IMG/VR virus record: IMGVR_UViG_3300030330_000125
Coordinates: 1 to 37,445 of that record
DNA: 37,445 nucleotides
Source: a virus
Taxonomy: Duplodnaviria; Caudoviricetes
Reading direction: 5' to 3' (one strand)
Below the pieces are notes generated by a model that was given only the letters and a program-made list of their open reading frames with translations, did no database searches and was not told the DNA's origin. Positions 11,001 to 19,674 of the stretch are shown piece after piece. Position numbers and translations under genes: made by a program. Positions within the stretch are counted from its first letter, which is position 1, and each line of letters opens with the position of its first letter.

Positions 11001-11841
11001 TATTTCTATTGTCTGTTTCTAATGATGCAAAAAAACTAAACATTTCATTAAAATTTGCTAGAGCTAAATCATCAACTTTGTAATAATCTTTTACATATTC
11101 TAACATTTGGTTAGTATATGGCCCTGTAGTAAACATAGTATTAAGAACCTTTACGTTCTTTTCTGCTTGTTCTTTTATAAAATCTTCTTTTGATTTTTTT
11201 AGTAAGAAATCTTTGTCTGCTTCTAACAAACTTTCATTAAATAAAAATCTATTAGCTTCGTTGTCATATCCAACTTTACCTAATAAAACATCTCTAGCTA
11301 TTTCATCATCTACTCTAGAAGTATCTAATTGTGTATCGTTTACAATATTTTCTGCTACTGTTAGATCTCTATTAGTATAAAATTGTTTTTCGTTGTAAGG
11401 TACATTAGGATAAAATTCATCCATCCATTGATTAATATAACCAACACGACCATCACCATCATCTTTAAATAATTTATATGCTTGATCTACTCTATTTATA
11501 ATATTTTGTTGATCTGCTTCTTTTAGCATATCAAATGTTTGTTTTGTTTTGTTTCTATTACTATAAACTTTGTCTTGCTGTGGATCTTTTGTTGTAGAAT
11601 TATCTGCTTTATGTTCTAGTTTTGTTTTTTGGCCTAACATACTTTCGTCTGCATAACTACCGTCTTGCATATCAACATTAAGTATAGAATTAGTTTTTAT
11701 AGGTTTTATGCCAAACTCATCATTTATTTGTACATCAGAAAAACCTGCTTTTTTTAATATTGGTCTTTGTGTTTCTATAAATTGTAATACTGTATTTTCG
11801 TCAAATCCAGCTTGGCGTAATTGTGTTGCAGTTAATTTCAT
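5032..11841 (-). CDS. Large internal virion (ejection) protein, multi-domain
   Basis: 2269 aa in T7 gp16-equivalent position; E...ASGLWQI lysozyme-like motif, Gly/Ala hydrophobic segment, HELGH zincin motif. Confidence 0.8.
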   Translation of the reverse strand: MKLTATQLRQAGFDENTVLQFIETQRPILKKAGFSDVQINDEFGIKPIKTNSILNVDMQDGSYADESMLGQKTKLEHKADNSTTKDPQQDKVYSNRNKTKQTFDMLKEADQQNIINRVDQAYKLFKDDGDGRVGYINQWMDEFYPNVPYNEKQFYTNRDLTVAENIVNDTQLDTSRVDDEIARDVLLGKVGYDNEANRFLFNESLLEADKDFLLKKSKEDFIKEQAEKNVKVLNTMFTTGPYTNQMLEYVKDYYKVDDLALANFNEMFSFFASLETDNRNIFSRNGSASGLWQIHKGNGSHHTALNRFTTLMKRVDPDFQIPQEIEDAYDNGDFTALSFDMQRAIAMANILQIPASERLNRAGSDDLIKAAMQGDVDAMKELYRKYHHASYEKTIVAGEPKYNLRELPALDARIDNYFNSWGQIYEYETPQMAFFGSDSTIAKQLEKFGLGQKFVQAFGGKGRYNVFSNGYSLSVNGLIDRYNQLVTEDNVSPQEALQRVFMYQEQSFSKEIISSAVTLVNDLPWMGAGCFAAGGTVVAGTLGAGIPAAPVVCGAGGFALPEVMRDVYMRAIESGEAHDIKEFLSLWMDQKTLMTAIKSGTIGAVTFGAGAKVKQVTGSTTARLGTEVVAMTGLGAALEGHVPTARDFAHAAVLIFGVHGSIQGLKTMHNLYRRYSVHPRDVVALAEKDAHYRKQIMSNQIPDIYVNGSKSVIQGLEKTQNIKLLPEPKFKNNEVVNININGTEQAKVISKEVIGNENALVVQKANGEKLIVLESEVRKTDPLPIEAKIEGDKITIANKADRTFKDRQTNKEFNEDIFELTKDKDNAFVVDSRGTYKSTPLQALTETSTRERITTVDGSASTNKVILIKNKFYPKMAERMSKFKEIEGLGKFETFKDIKKRVFKGLTNKHKKVSIVFGVDGGGSSGLKVDTMVGRIRGELVSFNRKAYNELIKFTENGKQKKAILLGNSATEPLVFVHPETKNIIALLMPKKINGTLEAQANSYFKNHKIKEDMDGMHFDRVPNSKSGDNWGIPNEPYMDTKPNFGENGAKWKELYNSERGIDLIDLVEMYKVFLEKSPEINRLDPRLNGYFQFKGKKAPRIVINEALQKNPEQFTMTMAHELGHLIDFLPNKTLKRGNILGSIATLKGYMNKWIAGKNDGAKPLDPKEIAKMKAEAEKIAKSREKETNKEIEQELKITPETVLEIFRDPNARAKIDPEFYEAFIKLDSALKKEVVKDALKGMMSHHIKALADKVNGRKVDPKLTEEANKIFKQMFEKEIKERGLVNVEMITKELKNLSAKWKPFNRAADPKYTKYRDGPRELMADFMMAWLLKPQWVKHNAPKTFEMWHYYLDAKPEVMKIWHRIQDDLISGPDVRLGKPIKALKQMFRDVDAKMLEKMESEYKGSIIDVIHYEMVDHFSFLTGRLTGVTGETRWHSPQAKNLEWAIDNFRYRHAALKVYRDTVEREVLKPAKDLGLDVHDISVMMFLRNLTESGQRKNMISSLGINKIPKELQSKLGDRSVENLYEYFAKEKPDLIRLTDAFYRIRQEHIIPEIKESRMFDETVIKNMEQNYQYGTFNVAEHLLKRMEKYGSNATATLAMKKSRGYAGDIQNLLGATMEKDMLLLVEAKRHRTMKLTVDWLIQNKSWLEQYNRSFTGQGMKLRDIATEGLERIIMKPKRISATKLEAPPKGMKPFHYMVNGELKTYYVNKFIADAFSANPLLTFYSMRQVTLSGDIFRKLFTEYNPAFWPVNSIRDVNRSIKLLPNARYFDIAGGGKNSYVKFLFKAIKPAYKSIFKDGTELTRWMEKEGFLISMVEGYRGQAGSKAIRRGVDNDTFMIEKLLDKEVKQNGNLNKLYDKTFGQLFNKLGNFARMFERVPKIAGTMFLKDQIKRGKLKMDDKELMIRVQSEVGSPNFLRQGKMHTITNNLFLYSNAAKEGWRADYNRFREAPASVGTKFIAYNVTPKLLQKAFTLGLFGTSIGYLYKYGVSEWDQINYIPIVLGTTPDGRAVYFRIPQDETSRLINGLFFKAMDLPFKDSAGEVLSTPADMIAYLGKGGTPDLNPIFELLSNLMTWMTGMTPFDDWRGTTAIDEDVDKAGGIQRHIDILKWFFNTYSGTGFHKFKSNDYDEMTTELEKILDFPIIGQPISRFLKIGDHPATGFIKDGPDGLDAYDKADANMTIDVKNGILKLFQGKTLNEKEIEALKTRQSWLTNTLTTDLLSKKAGANEVIRDIISEKDGNRRAIMIDKLIKYLTETDNYPIESKKE

Positions 11842-11843
11842 TG

Positions 11844-13688
11844 TTACTCATCTGTTACAAATAAATCACTTACGTCTAGTGTTTCAATCGCATCCCCAGT
11901 TATAACACTTGGTAAGGTATTATTTTCTTTTATTAAACCTTGAACCCTGTTTATGTAAGCAGATATAGTTTCGTTTTCGTTTCTTGGTGGTACTTCTATA
12001 TTAGCCATAGCAGGTACTTTTGCAGTAAAATATTCACTTGGCATTATGTAATATGTTTTAAATGCTTCTACTTCACCTTGCATTGTTGTTTTCATAGTGT
12101 TACGCATACCCATTATTCTACCTTCTAAATCTTTAAAAGATGCATCATTTATTTTAGATTTATAAACATCAATAACATCTTGTAAAATGTAGTTTGGACT
12201 TCTAGGATTTGTAAGCATATTTTCATAACTAAATCCACTTCTTTCACCTTGCGCTATAAGTTCATTCATATTGTTAACAGCATTATATGCTTCTTGTGTA
12301 AGAGCATCAGAACCTATTAAACCTAATAATGCAGAAGTTCTTTCTTCTGGATTTGTAATACTTAATACATTAGCTATTTGATCGCCTTTTGTATTAACTC
12401 CTACTTCTTTTAACAATAATCTAGTAGCACTTTTGACTAAATCTTTTTTGTAAGCATTTTTGTCTTTTGTAAACTCTATAGATAATTTATGTAATTTGGT
12501 TCCGTATTCTGGTTTTATGTAACCTTTACTAATCATATCTTGTATAATCATTCTTTCTTTATGTGTATCTATTGCACCAGATAAAACAAAGTTTGTAAGC
12601 AATGCTTTCATTTGTAAACCTTGTGGACTATCGTAAGATTTTTTACCACTAGCTAAATTTGATATTGTTGTAGTATATGCAGATTTTAATATTCTTTTAT
12701 CATCATCATCAAGATCACTATTTTTTAAATCTTCTAAAAATGTTTCGCCTTTTTTAATATCTTCTTTGTTATTTGCTTCCATACCTAACAATGTATTAGT
12801 AAAATCTAACATTGTCGTATCATCTTTTTTATCTTTTTGATCTTTAAATACTGCTATTTGATTATCTCGTTTTGTTTTATAATCTTTTATTAATGCTTTA
12901 CGTAAATCGTCATCTGGTGATAAAATGTTACCATCTATATCTTTAATTTCAAAAGCATTGTTTCTTAAATTTTTGTATATTTGTTGATGATCTATAACTT
13001 TTTCACCATCTGGCGACATAGTTTCTGCGCCTTGCATTACTTGAAACATTATATATTTATTATTAGTATAATCTTTTGTATCACTTACTAATGTTTGATA
13101 AGTTTCGTTATTATATAATTCTGTTGTTACACCTTTTTTTAATGTTAAATTACTATGTTGATCGTATAAACCTTTAATTTGTTTTAAACTTGTCGCATTT
13201 TCTATATTTGATTTATATAAATCATTTTGACCATCTAGTGCTATTTGTGCATTTATAACTTTTTGATTTGCAATTTTGTTAACAATAGTAGATTTAGTAG
13301 TAAAATAGTTTTCATAAAACGTAGGCATAAACTCTTTAAATGTTTGCTCATCTAATTGTTTTTTGTAATTAAGTTCTTGTTTTTTAAAATTATCTTCGTA
13401 TTCTTTTAACCAGTTATCTGGTGTTAAATAATCATCTCTACTTAATAAACTATCAACATACATTTGGTTGCTACCACCAAATTGTGCAGTAGATAAATTA
13501 ACATTTGTATTTATTTCTAATCTACGCATTTTACTGTCGTAGTTGTTTTTAGCATTTGCGTATTGTGTTACTGCATTAAGAGCAGTTTTACCTATATCTA
13601 CAAGACCTTGGCTACTACCAACCCCTGTAGTTAAGGATCTACCACTACTAATATTTACATCTGTTCCACTATACCTTGGTATCTTCAT
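11844..13688 (-). CDS. Internal virion protein (gp15-equivalent position)
   Basis: 614 aa, MKIPRY start, helical composition, synteny. Confidence 0.7.
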   Translation of the reverse strand: MKIPRYSGTDVNISSGRSLTTGVGSSQGLVDIGKTALNAVTQYANAKNNYDSKMRRLEINTNVNLSTAQFGGSNQMYVDSLLSRDDYLTPDNWLKEYEDNFKKQELNYKKQLDEQTFKEFMPTFYENYFTTKSTIVNKIANQKVINAQIALDGQNDLYKSNIENATSLKQIKGLYDQHSNLTLKKGVTTELYNNETYQTLVSDTKDYTNNKYIMFQVMQGAETMSPDGEKVIDHQQIYKNLRNNAFEIKDIDGNILSPDDDLRKALIKDYKTKRDNQIAVFKDQKDKKDDTTMLDFTNTLLGMEANNKEDIKKGETFLEDLKNSDLDDDDKRILKSAYTTTISNLASGKKSYDSPQGLQMKALLTNFVLSGAIDTHKERMIIQDMISKGYIKPEYGTKLHKLSIEFTKDKNAYKKDLVKSATRLLLKEVGVNTKGDQIANVLSITNPEERTSALLGLIGSDALTQEAYNAVNNMNELIAQGERSGFSYENMLTNPRSPNYILQDVIDVYKSKINDASFKDLEGRIMGMRNTMKTTMQGEVEAFKTYYIMPSEYFTAKVPAMANIEVPPRNENETISAYINRVQGLIKENNTLPSVITGDAIETLDVSDLFVTDE

Positions 13689-13851
13689 ATGTTATCCTAT
13701 ATCTTGCTGGGTTGTATTCTGTTTTTACAACAGATCCATTAGCATCTTTACTAACTGTCCACGCTTCAAAGTTTTGTCCTTCTTTTGGTATCTTTTTACT
13801 GTATCCTTCAAATATTAACGTGTCCACATCCCATACCTTTATCTTATACAT
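13669..13851 (-). CDS. Hypothetical protein, 60 aa
   Basis: Fills the gap between two ejection genes; ATG 3 nt after upstream stop. Confidence 0.6.
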   Translation of the reverse strand: MYKIKVWDVDTLIFEGYSKKIPKEGQNFEAWTVSKDANGSVVKTEYNPARYRITYEDTKV

Positions 13852-13854
13852 TTG

Positions 13855-14289
13855 TTATAGACCTTTTTCAGCTAACGCCTTGTTAGTTTTGTAAGTATCA
13901 TAACTAACACCAGCCGCTAACAATGTAGAACCCATTTTATATGTTTCACTAGCTATCATACCAGTAAGTTCTGCATTCATGGCCGCATTTTTAACAAACA
14001 CTCCTTTCTCTAAAAAAAACAAATCATTTTCAAATTCTTCTAAATCAGCTTTTGCAGTAAGTAATGGTGATCCTGTAAATTGTATACCACTAGCACCTAC
14101 TCTTGCTCTTTTTTCACTAAATAATTTTGCTTGTTTTTTAAACAATTTTTGTTTGTCGTATTCAAGCTGTAATGTATTTTCGTATCTTTTCCATGCGGCG
14201 TTGGCTTTCATGTTTTTTATATTCTGTCTATGCCCCATAATAGTCATAGCAGTTGAAGCCGCCATCAATGCTGGTACAAACCACGCCAT
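13855..14289 (-). CDS. Small internal virion protein (gp14-equivalent position)
   Basis: Hydrophobic N-terminus, RARVGASGIQFTGSPL motif, follows tail tubular B. Confidence 0.75.
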   Translation of the reverse strand: MAWFVPALMAASTAMTIMGHRQNIKNMKANAAWKRYENTLQLEYDKQKLFKKQAKLFSEKRARVGASGIQFTGSPLLTAKADLEEFENDLFFLEKGVFVKNAAMNAELTGMIASETYKMGSTLLAAGVSYDTYKTNKALAEKGL

Positions 14290-14303
14290 ATTATATATCC
14301 TTT

Positions 14304-16745
14304 CTAATCACTTGTTACCAAAGTTCCTGTTATACCCAAAACCGTCATTGGTAACGGTTGTTCTTGTAAAATTTCTATTTGTCCATCTCTATCCCATCCT
14401 AAATTAGTTACACGTTTATCGCCAGTAAATTCTGGTACATTCTGGCCCATATGCATAGATGATGTTCTAAATGGTAATTGATCGCCATTTATTTTAATAC
14501 CAATAGTTTTATGTAATCTTACCATAACTTCATTATACCTTTTTTTTCTTCCTTGTGCAGTACCAGCGTTTGCACCTGCTTCAATTCTCATAGTCTTAAT
14601 TTTAGATGTATATGCAAGACCTATTTCAATACTTTTAAAACCTGTTGCATTATTTAGACTAACAGATATAGCACCATTTGTTACTGTTTGATTAGGAAAT
14701 ACAGCATCACCTATAAGTATTTGTACTTCTTCACCTTCTAAATGATCTAGACCTGTAATACTACTACTAGAACCATTTACTGTACCTGCTAAACCACTAT
14801 CTACTTTTAACAACTCATCTAAATATTCTATGTATTGTACAATATTACCGTTTATTCTACGTCTTACTACAACATAAGTTTGGTTTTCACTAGCTTCTGA
14901 TATTGTAGATACTGATTTTACTTGTGCTTGTGCTTTTACAGAATGATTAGCACCAACACCATCTTGTATTTGTATTATTGTTCTATCTATTGCTTGTTCG
15001 TATGTTTTTGCAAATTCAAAATTATTAGCATCTTTTACAAAAACAAAATATTCTTCACCATCTACAAGACCTCCTAATTTTGTACCTCCACCTGCACTAT
15101 ATGTAACTTTATCACCTGTAGATAAACCATGATTAGTTATTGTAACAAAACCATTATTATTACTATCTGTAACACTATCTGTAACATCTGATGCACCATT
15201 AAATGTAAGACTATAAGATCCTCCTAAAATGTGTCTATGCCATGCAATAACATCTTCTTCTCTTTGATATGTTAAACCTAATAATGTACCATCTTTTCTA
15301 ACAGCCCAATAAATACTATCTGGTTCTTGTGCGTAATCTACGTCTACAATACCTTTGCCTGTTATGTGTTCTGCTAACAAAGTCATATCTGGTGCTAAAT
15401 ATGCATCACTTTCAAATCTGTATGCAAACTCTCTAACTTTTTTTTGTTGTCTTTGTACAAACAATACTGCGTTACCTATTTGTATAGGTTGTGTAGTATA
15501 ACCACCATATGTAGTTTGTTGTACTATTTGTACATTATCTGGTTTTAAAGGTTCACCTGTTGGTTTACCAACTTTAAATTCACCACCAACTGTACCTACA
15601 ATAAGATCACGTGCAGGTGCTAACCATCTAATAACATTTACTCTATTAGCGGCTATAGTATAAATAAATGCATCTGCGGCGTTACCAGAACCTACATCAA
15701 ATTCTTCATACAAACCACTTTCACTTGCAAATATAGTTTGTGGAAAAGATGTAGTACCAGCAAAAACTAATCTTTGTTCAAAAAAAGATACTGCTCTAGG
15801 AAAACCTTTTGTGCTTGTAAATGTACCTAATGACCAATCTGTTGTTCCTCCTGTACCACTAAAATTATCTGTTGTAGTTGCTGTTACTTGTGTTGCAGAA
15901 GAAAAATTTGTAATTTTAGCATGACCTCCATTAAATTTTATTAATCTTCCTACGTCTGTAGATACAAATGTATTAGAAGATGCAGTTATAGTAACACTAC
16001 CAGAAGTACCACTTGGTGTCATAGTTGTGCCTGTTGTGTTTTGATCTAAATATGGGCCACGTTTAAAATCTACTTCTGTTAAAGTCCAACTTGTATGACC
16101 TGTTCTAGATAGTTTTCTAGGTGCTACATCTTCATGTACTAAATACATAACATCTGCTGATTGTGTAAATCCTATTTCGTATAATTGACTTTCTGTATAT
16201 GGTGATGCTATTTCAAAAACATCTGCCGCAGTACCACCAGAAGCGTATGCAGTATAATTTGTACTATCTACGCCTTGTAATTCAAAAGTATTTGTTGTTA
16301 CGTTTGCTATTCTAAATCTTCTACCATTTACTTGTGTCATTCCTACAACACTATTAATCCACACATCATCACCATTTGTATAGCCGTGAGATGATACTGT
16401 AACTACAGCAGGATTTGCTTGTGTTATACTTGTTATGTTTTTTGGTGTATTTGTAATTTGACCATTATCTTTATAAAATCTAATATATTGATGGCCTAAT
16501 TCTAAAATATATGATTGTTCTACGTTAAATTCAAAAGGTATTATTCTTGTATCTTTACTACTATCTTTTACTTCTGCAACAAATCTACTACCATATCTTC
16601 TTGTTGCGCCGCCTTGTGGAAATACTGTCATATTTTGCATTTCCTCAACACCATTATTATATTTTTTAAAATCTACTTGACCTGCTAATTTTGGTGTTAA
16701 TTCACCAGCAGTAAAATTAGTTTGAAAAGGGTGTACTCTTGCCAT
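14304..16745 (-). CDS. Tail tubular protein B (nozzle)
   Basis: QTNFTAGEL, GGATRRYG, FFEQRLVFAG, AWHRH, QEQPLPMTVL motifs. Confidence 0.9.
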   Translation of the reverse strand: MARVHPFQTNFTAGELTPKLAGQVDFKKYNNGVEEMQNMTVFPQGGATRRYGSRFVAEVKDSSKDTRIIPFEFNVEQSYILELGHQYIRFYKDNGQITNTPKNITSITQANPAVVTVSSHGYTNGDDVWINSVVGMTQVNGRRFRIANVTTNTFELQGVDSTNYTAYASGGTAADVFEIASPYTESQLYEIGFTQSADVMYLVHEDVAPRKLSRTGHTSWTLTEVDFKRGPYLDQNTTGTTMTPSGTSGSVTITASSNTFVSTDVGRLIKFNGGHAKITNFSSATQVTATTTDNFSGTGGTTDWSLGTFTSTKGFPRAVSFFEQRLVFAGTTSFPQTIFASESGLYEEFDVGSGNAADAFIYTIAANRVNVIRWLAPARDLIVGTVGGEFKVGKPTGEPLKPDNVQIVQQTTYGGYTTQPIQIGNAVLFVQRQQKKVREFAYRFESDAYLAPDMTLLAEHITGKGIVDVDYAQEPDSIYWAVRKDGTLLGLTYQREEDVIAWHRHILGGSYSLTFNGASDVTDSVTDSNNNGFVTITNHGLSTGDKVTYSAGGGTKLGGLVDGEEYFVFVKDANNFEFAKTYEQAIDRTIIQIQDGVGANHSVKAQAQVKSVSTISEASENQTYVVVRRRINGNIVQYIEYLDELLKVDSGLAGTVNGSSSSITGLDHLEGEEVQILIGDAVFPNQTVTNGAISVSLNNATGFKSIEIGLAYTSKIKTMRIEAGANAGTAQGRKKRYNEVMVRLHKTIGIKINGDQLPFRTSSMHMGQNVPEFTGDKRVTNLGWDRDGQIEILQEQPLPMTVLGITGTLVTSD

Positions 16746-17323
16746 TATTTCCTAAAGTCCGTAAATGTATCAGAAACAAGATCATCCATAAATCCTTCTT
16801 GTCCATCAATACTACGTGCTTCAGAAAGTTTTTTTTGAAATAAATCCTGCATTTGTTTTTGTACTGCCATACTACTTGTTACAGGGTATGCTAGATCTAC
16901 AGCTAATTTAGCAGTTAATACGTCTACAAACATAGCATCAAACAAGTTTGTATCTGTAATTCTAGCTATATATAAAATGTTAGCAGTACCTTGATCTGTA
17001 AGTAATACTCTACCTTGTGTTCCAAAATTTTCTACTTTAAATTTGTAATCTTTTTCTTCCATTTCTAACACACGTAAACAAAAAGGATTTGTTGGTAATG
17101 CATATTGAAAATTAAAACCATACGTAGGTTTGTCTGAAAGTTGCGCTAAAGTTGTTCTTGTTATTGAAAAATTAAAAGGGTGAGATCTTAATACACTATC
17201 TCTTGTGTCTGCATAAAATGAATTACATAATCTGGCTCTTTCGCTATCATCTGTTAATGAAGTTATAGGATCATCACCTAATCTTCTTAATGCATTTGAA
17301 CAAATTGATACTTCTGTAGCCAT
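16745..17323 (-). CDS. Tail tubular protein A (adaptor)
   Basis: EVSICSNALRRLG...ARLC...RDSVLRSHPFNFS; synteny. Confidence 0.9.
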   Translation of the reverse strand: MATEVSICSNALRRLGDDPITSLTDDSERARLCNSFYADTRDSVLRSHPFNFSITRTTLAQLSDKPTYGFNFQYALPTNPFCLRVLEMEEKDYKFKVENFGTQGRVLLTDQGTANILYIARITDTNLFDAMFVDVLTAKLAVDLAYPVTSSMAVQKQMQDLFQKKLSEARSIDGQEGFMDDLVSDTFTDFRK

Positions 17324-17337
17324 ATTATAAATATATC

Positions 17338-17374
17338 AAAGGGGCGACAATAATTCAATATATATCGCCCCTTT
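17338..17374 (-). terminator. Intrinsic terminator after capsid/cement genes
   Basis: AAAGGGGCGA (17338-47) / TCGCCCCTTT (17365-74) inverted repeat. Confidence 0.8.
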
Positions 17375-17391
17375 TAAGTTAGTTATAAGTA

Positions 17392-17811
17392 TTAGTCCAT
17401 ACTGTAGAAAACAGCACACTTAACTGTACCACTAATAGCCGCACTACCAGTAGTTAAAAGTATATCTGTTTCAGCAGTATTTTCGTAACCAAAACCATCT
17501 ATTGCGCCTTCTTGCGACATAGACATTTGTCCAGCCGAAGAAACCGAAGTTGCAGTTATGTATCTATCCGCATCAGCACTATCACCGACAGATATCGTTG
17601 CAGAACCTAGAGCATCAAACTGTACAACAATGTCATACACGATTGCACCCGCAGGTAATTTTGCAACAGATATATCAGAACCAGAAGCTAAAGAAGATGC
17701 TTCATAACTATCATATTGTACTCGTAATCTACCATGAGATTGACTTGCAATAACCTTTTCTACTGGTTCTGCTGTTCTCTTGGTAAAATTTACTCCTTTT
17801 ACACTAGCCAT
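17392..17811 (-). CDS. Capsid decoration/cement protein
   Basis: 139 aa after MCP; KLPAGAIV...ISVGD...DRY pattern; SD AAGGAGG. Confidence 0.7.
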   Translation of the reverse strand: MASVKGVNFTKRTAEPVEKVIASQSHGRLRVQYDSYEASSLASGSDISVAKLPAGAIVYDIVVQFDALGSATISVGDSADADRYITATSVSSAGQMSMSQEGAIDGFGYENTAETDILLTTGSAAISGTVKCAVFYSMD

Positions 17812-17829
17812 AATAAGTCCTCCTTAACT

Positions 17830-18690
17830 TTATTCTGTACAAGCAATCTCAATGACTTTCTCATCTTCTACTCTCGTAGCACCGATAGTCATACATAGAT
17901 ATACTTGTGTACTATAGTTTTTGTCTGCTCGTTCAGATATTTTTGTTTGAATATCTTTACCAAGAGCCAAGCCCATAGATGTGTTAGTGAATGCTAGTAC
18001 TTGTCTGTTACCGTTACTATCTGTGCCAAGTCTTTCACTTCTGATAAACTTGAAGCCCATAAATGTATCAATATCGCCTTGTACTAACGCCTTTACGCTG
18101 TTGAAATCAGCCGAAGTAATTTGAGTTGTACCTAACAAATCAGAAATCTGTTTTGCTGAACATACAATCGTTCTTGCTTCGTCTGGATCTACGTTAGCCG
18201 CATCTAATTTTTCTTTTGCAGTAATTAGTTTAGCTATAGTTAATCCAGTTGATCCATGTGCAATTTTTTGTCCTGCTGGAAGTGCAATAGTTGAACCTCC
18301 AGAAACACCGCCAAAAGCATTACCAGTAGCCGCCGCAATAATTACGTCATCCATTGTTCTGCCCATAGCGTATGCACCAGCTTTTGCATACTCGGATTGA
18401 GGTGAAATAAGCAATCTTATTTTATCGCTATCATCAATAAGATCTGCCCAATCATAGTCATCCATAGTTACTTTTCGTCTAGAATGTGGCGTATCCACTC
18501 TTGGTGTATCCGCATGTCTAGACGTTCTTTTCACAGCCGCAGTTGATCCAATTCTTTCAAAGAAATGTGATTTCCCCGTTACACTTTCGGTTCTAACCGC
18601 ATCTCTTAATTTTGAACCCTTTTGTTGCGCCAAATGAAAAACATTACTTTTGTATTGTTCTACAAAAGCAGTTGTTATTTGAACTGACAT
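17830..18690 (-). CDS. Major capsid protein, 286 aa (start corrected to 18690)
   Basis: MSVQITTAFVEQY...LAQQKGSKLR...GATRVEDEKV; SD GGAGG at 18698-18702. Confidence 0.92.
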   Translation of the reverse strand: MSVQITTAFVEQYKSNVFHLAQQKGSKLRDAVRTESVTGKSHFFERIGSTAAVKRTSRHADTPRVDTPHSRRKVTMDDYDWADLIDDSDKIRLLISPQSEYAKAGAYAMGRTMDDVIIAAATGNAFGGVSGGSTIALPAGQKIAHGSTGLTIAKLITAKEKLDAANVDPDEARTIVCSAKQISDLLGTTQITSADFNSVKALVQGDIDTFMGFKFIRSERLGTDSNGNRQVLAFTNTSMGLALGKDIQTKISERADKNYSTQVYLCMTIGATRVEDEKVIEIACTE

Positions 18691-18854
18691 AGTCGTTCCT
18701 CCATTAAAAGTTACAGAATAGAGAGCATAACACACATTATGTTACACTATATTCCAATTAATCGGTTTTTGTCCTAACGGGAAACCTAATTTTTAAGCCA
18801 TATCGGCTAACATTTCGTTATCCAAAAAGGGCGAAATCAGTTGTTGCAATTATA
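18691..18854 (-). promoter_or_regulatory. Capsid promoter (TATAAT 18849-54) and structured 5' leader
   Basis: Perfect -10 then hairpins at 18812-37, 18796-808, 18764-86 and about 18715-18754. Confidence 0.7.
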
Positions 18855-18867
18855 CAACACTTTTAAA

Positions 18868-19674
18868 TTAATTTCCATATGCTTTTTCATGTAATTGTCT
18901 AACTTTTTCTACAGCAGTTTCATCACCTTTATGATAAGGATGGTTATTATCTGCCATAATTTTAGCAATTTCATCTTTAGCATCTAATGGCGAAATACTT
19001 AATCTATTATTTTGTGTATTTTGCGCCATATCTTCTGTTACTTCTTGGCCTAATCTAGCAAAAAATCTTATAACAGCAGGATTATTACCAGCACTAGAAT
19101 TAGTAATAAGATCTTTTAAATCTTCATCACCATATACTTCTAATGCTCTATCTGCGGCGGCAACTTTTTTTTCATAGTCGTAACCCCATTCTTGCTTTAG
19201 TATATCTTCTGTTTCTGCTTTTTGCCTTGATATTTCCGCAGGTTCATTTTCTTCTTCATGTTTTATAGTATTCATTTGATACTCTAACAATGCACCTACT
19301 TGTTTATCACTTAAACCAATCTTATGTGCTACGTTAGTAAATTCTTCAAGATTTCTTTGTTCAAAAAACGGTTGATAATCTTCTGGTATATTTACTGTAT
19401 ATTTAGAAGCATCTTCTGGTCTACCAAGTTTTGTATATACATCATTATATTCTTCATCAGTTTTAGGTATAGATATTGTATTACCTAACCTTTTCTGTTG
19501 ATGTACTACAGTTTTTGCAAGATCTTCTACATTGTTAAAATTTTGCAATGTAGCATCATTTTTTAATTCTTCGGGTAGTGTTGATTTCCAATCTTGATTA
19601 TCACTTCCCGATCCAAGTACAGTATTGTTTTCTTGTATTGGATTGTCGTTTGTGGTCATTTGTTCATCAGACAT
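18868..19674 (-). CDS. Capsid scaffolding protein
   Basis: Acidic; WKSTLPEELK, KLGRPE...Y, LKQEWG, NNPAVIRFF, HPY motifs; between portal and MCP. Confidence 0.85.
   Translation of the reverse strand: MSDEQMTTNDNPIQENNTVLGSGSDNQDWKSTLPEELKNDATLQNFNNVEDLAKTVVHQQKRLGNTISIPKTDEEYNDVYTKLGRPEDASKYTVNIPEDYQPFFEQRNLEEFTNVAHKIGLSDKQVGALLEYQMNTIKHEEENEPAEISRQKAETEDILKQEWGYDYEKKVAAADRALEVYGDEDLKDLITNSSAGNNPAVIRFFARLGQEVTEDMAQNTQNNRLSISPLDAKDEIAKIMADNNHPYHKGDETAVEKVRQLHEKAYGN

Noticed and set aside
5060-14407. Plus-strand ORFs opposite the ejection genes
   Set aside because: Antisense shadows without recognisable motifs.
18691-18735. N-terminal capsid extension in the ORF track
   Set aside because: SD supports ATG 18690; the extension overlaps a leader hairpin.
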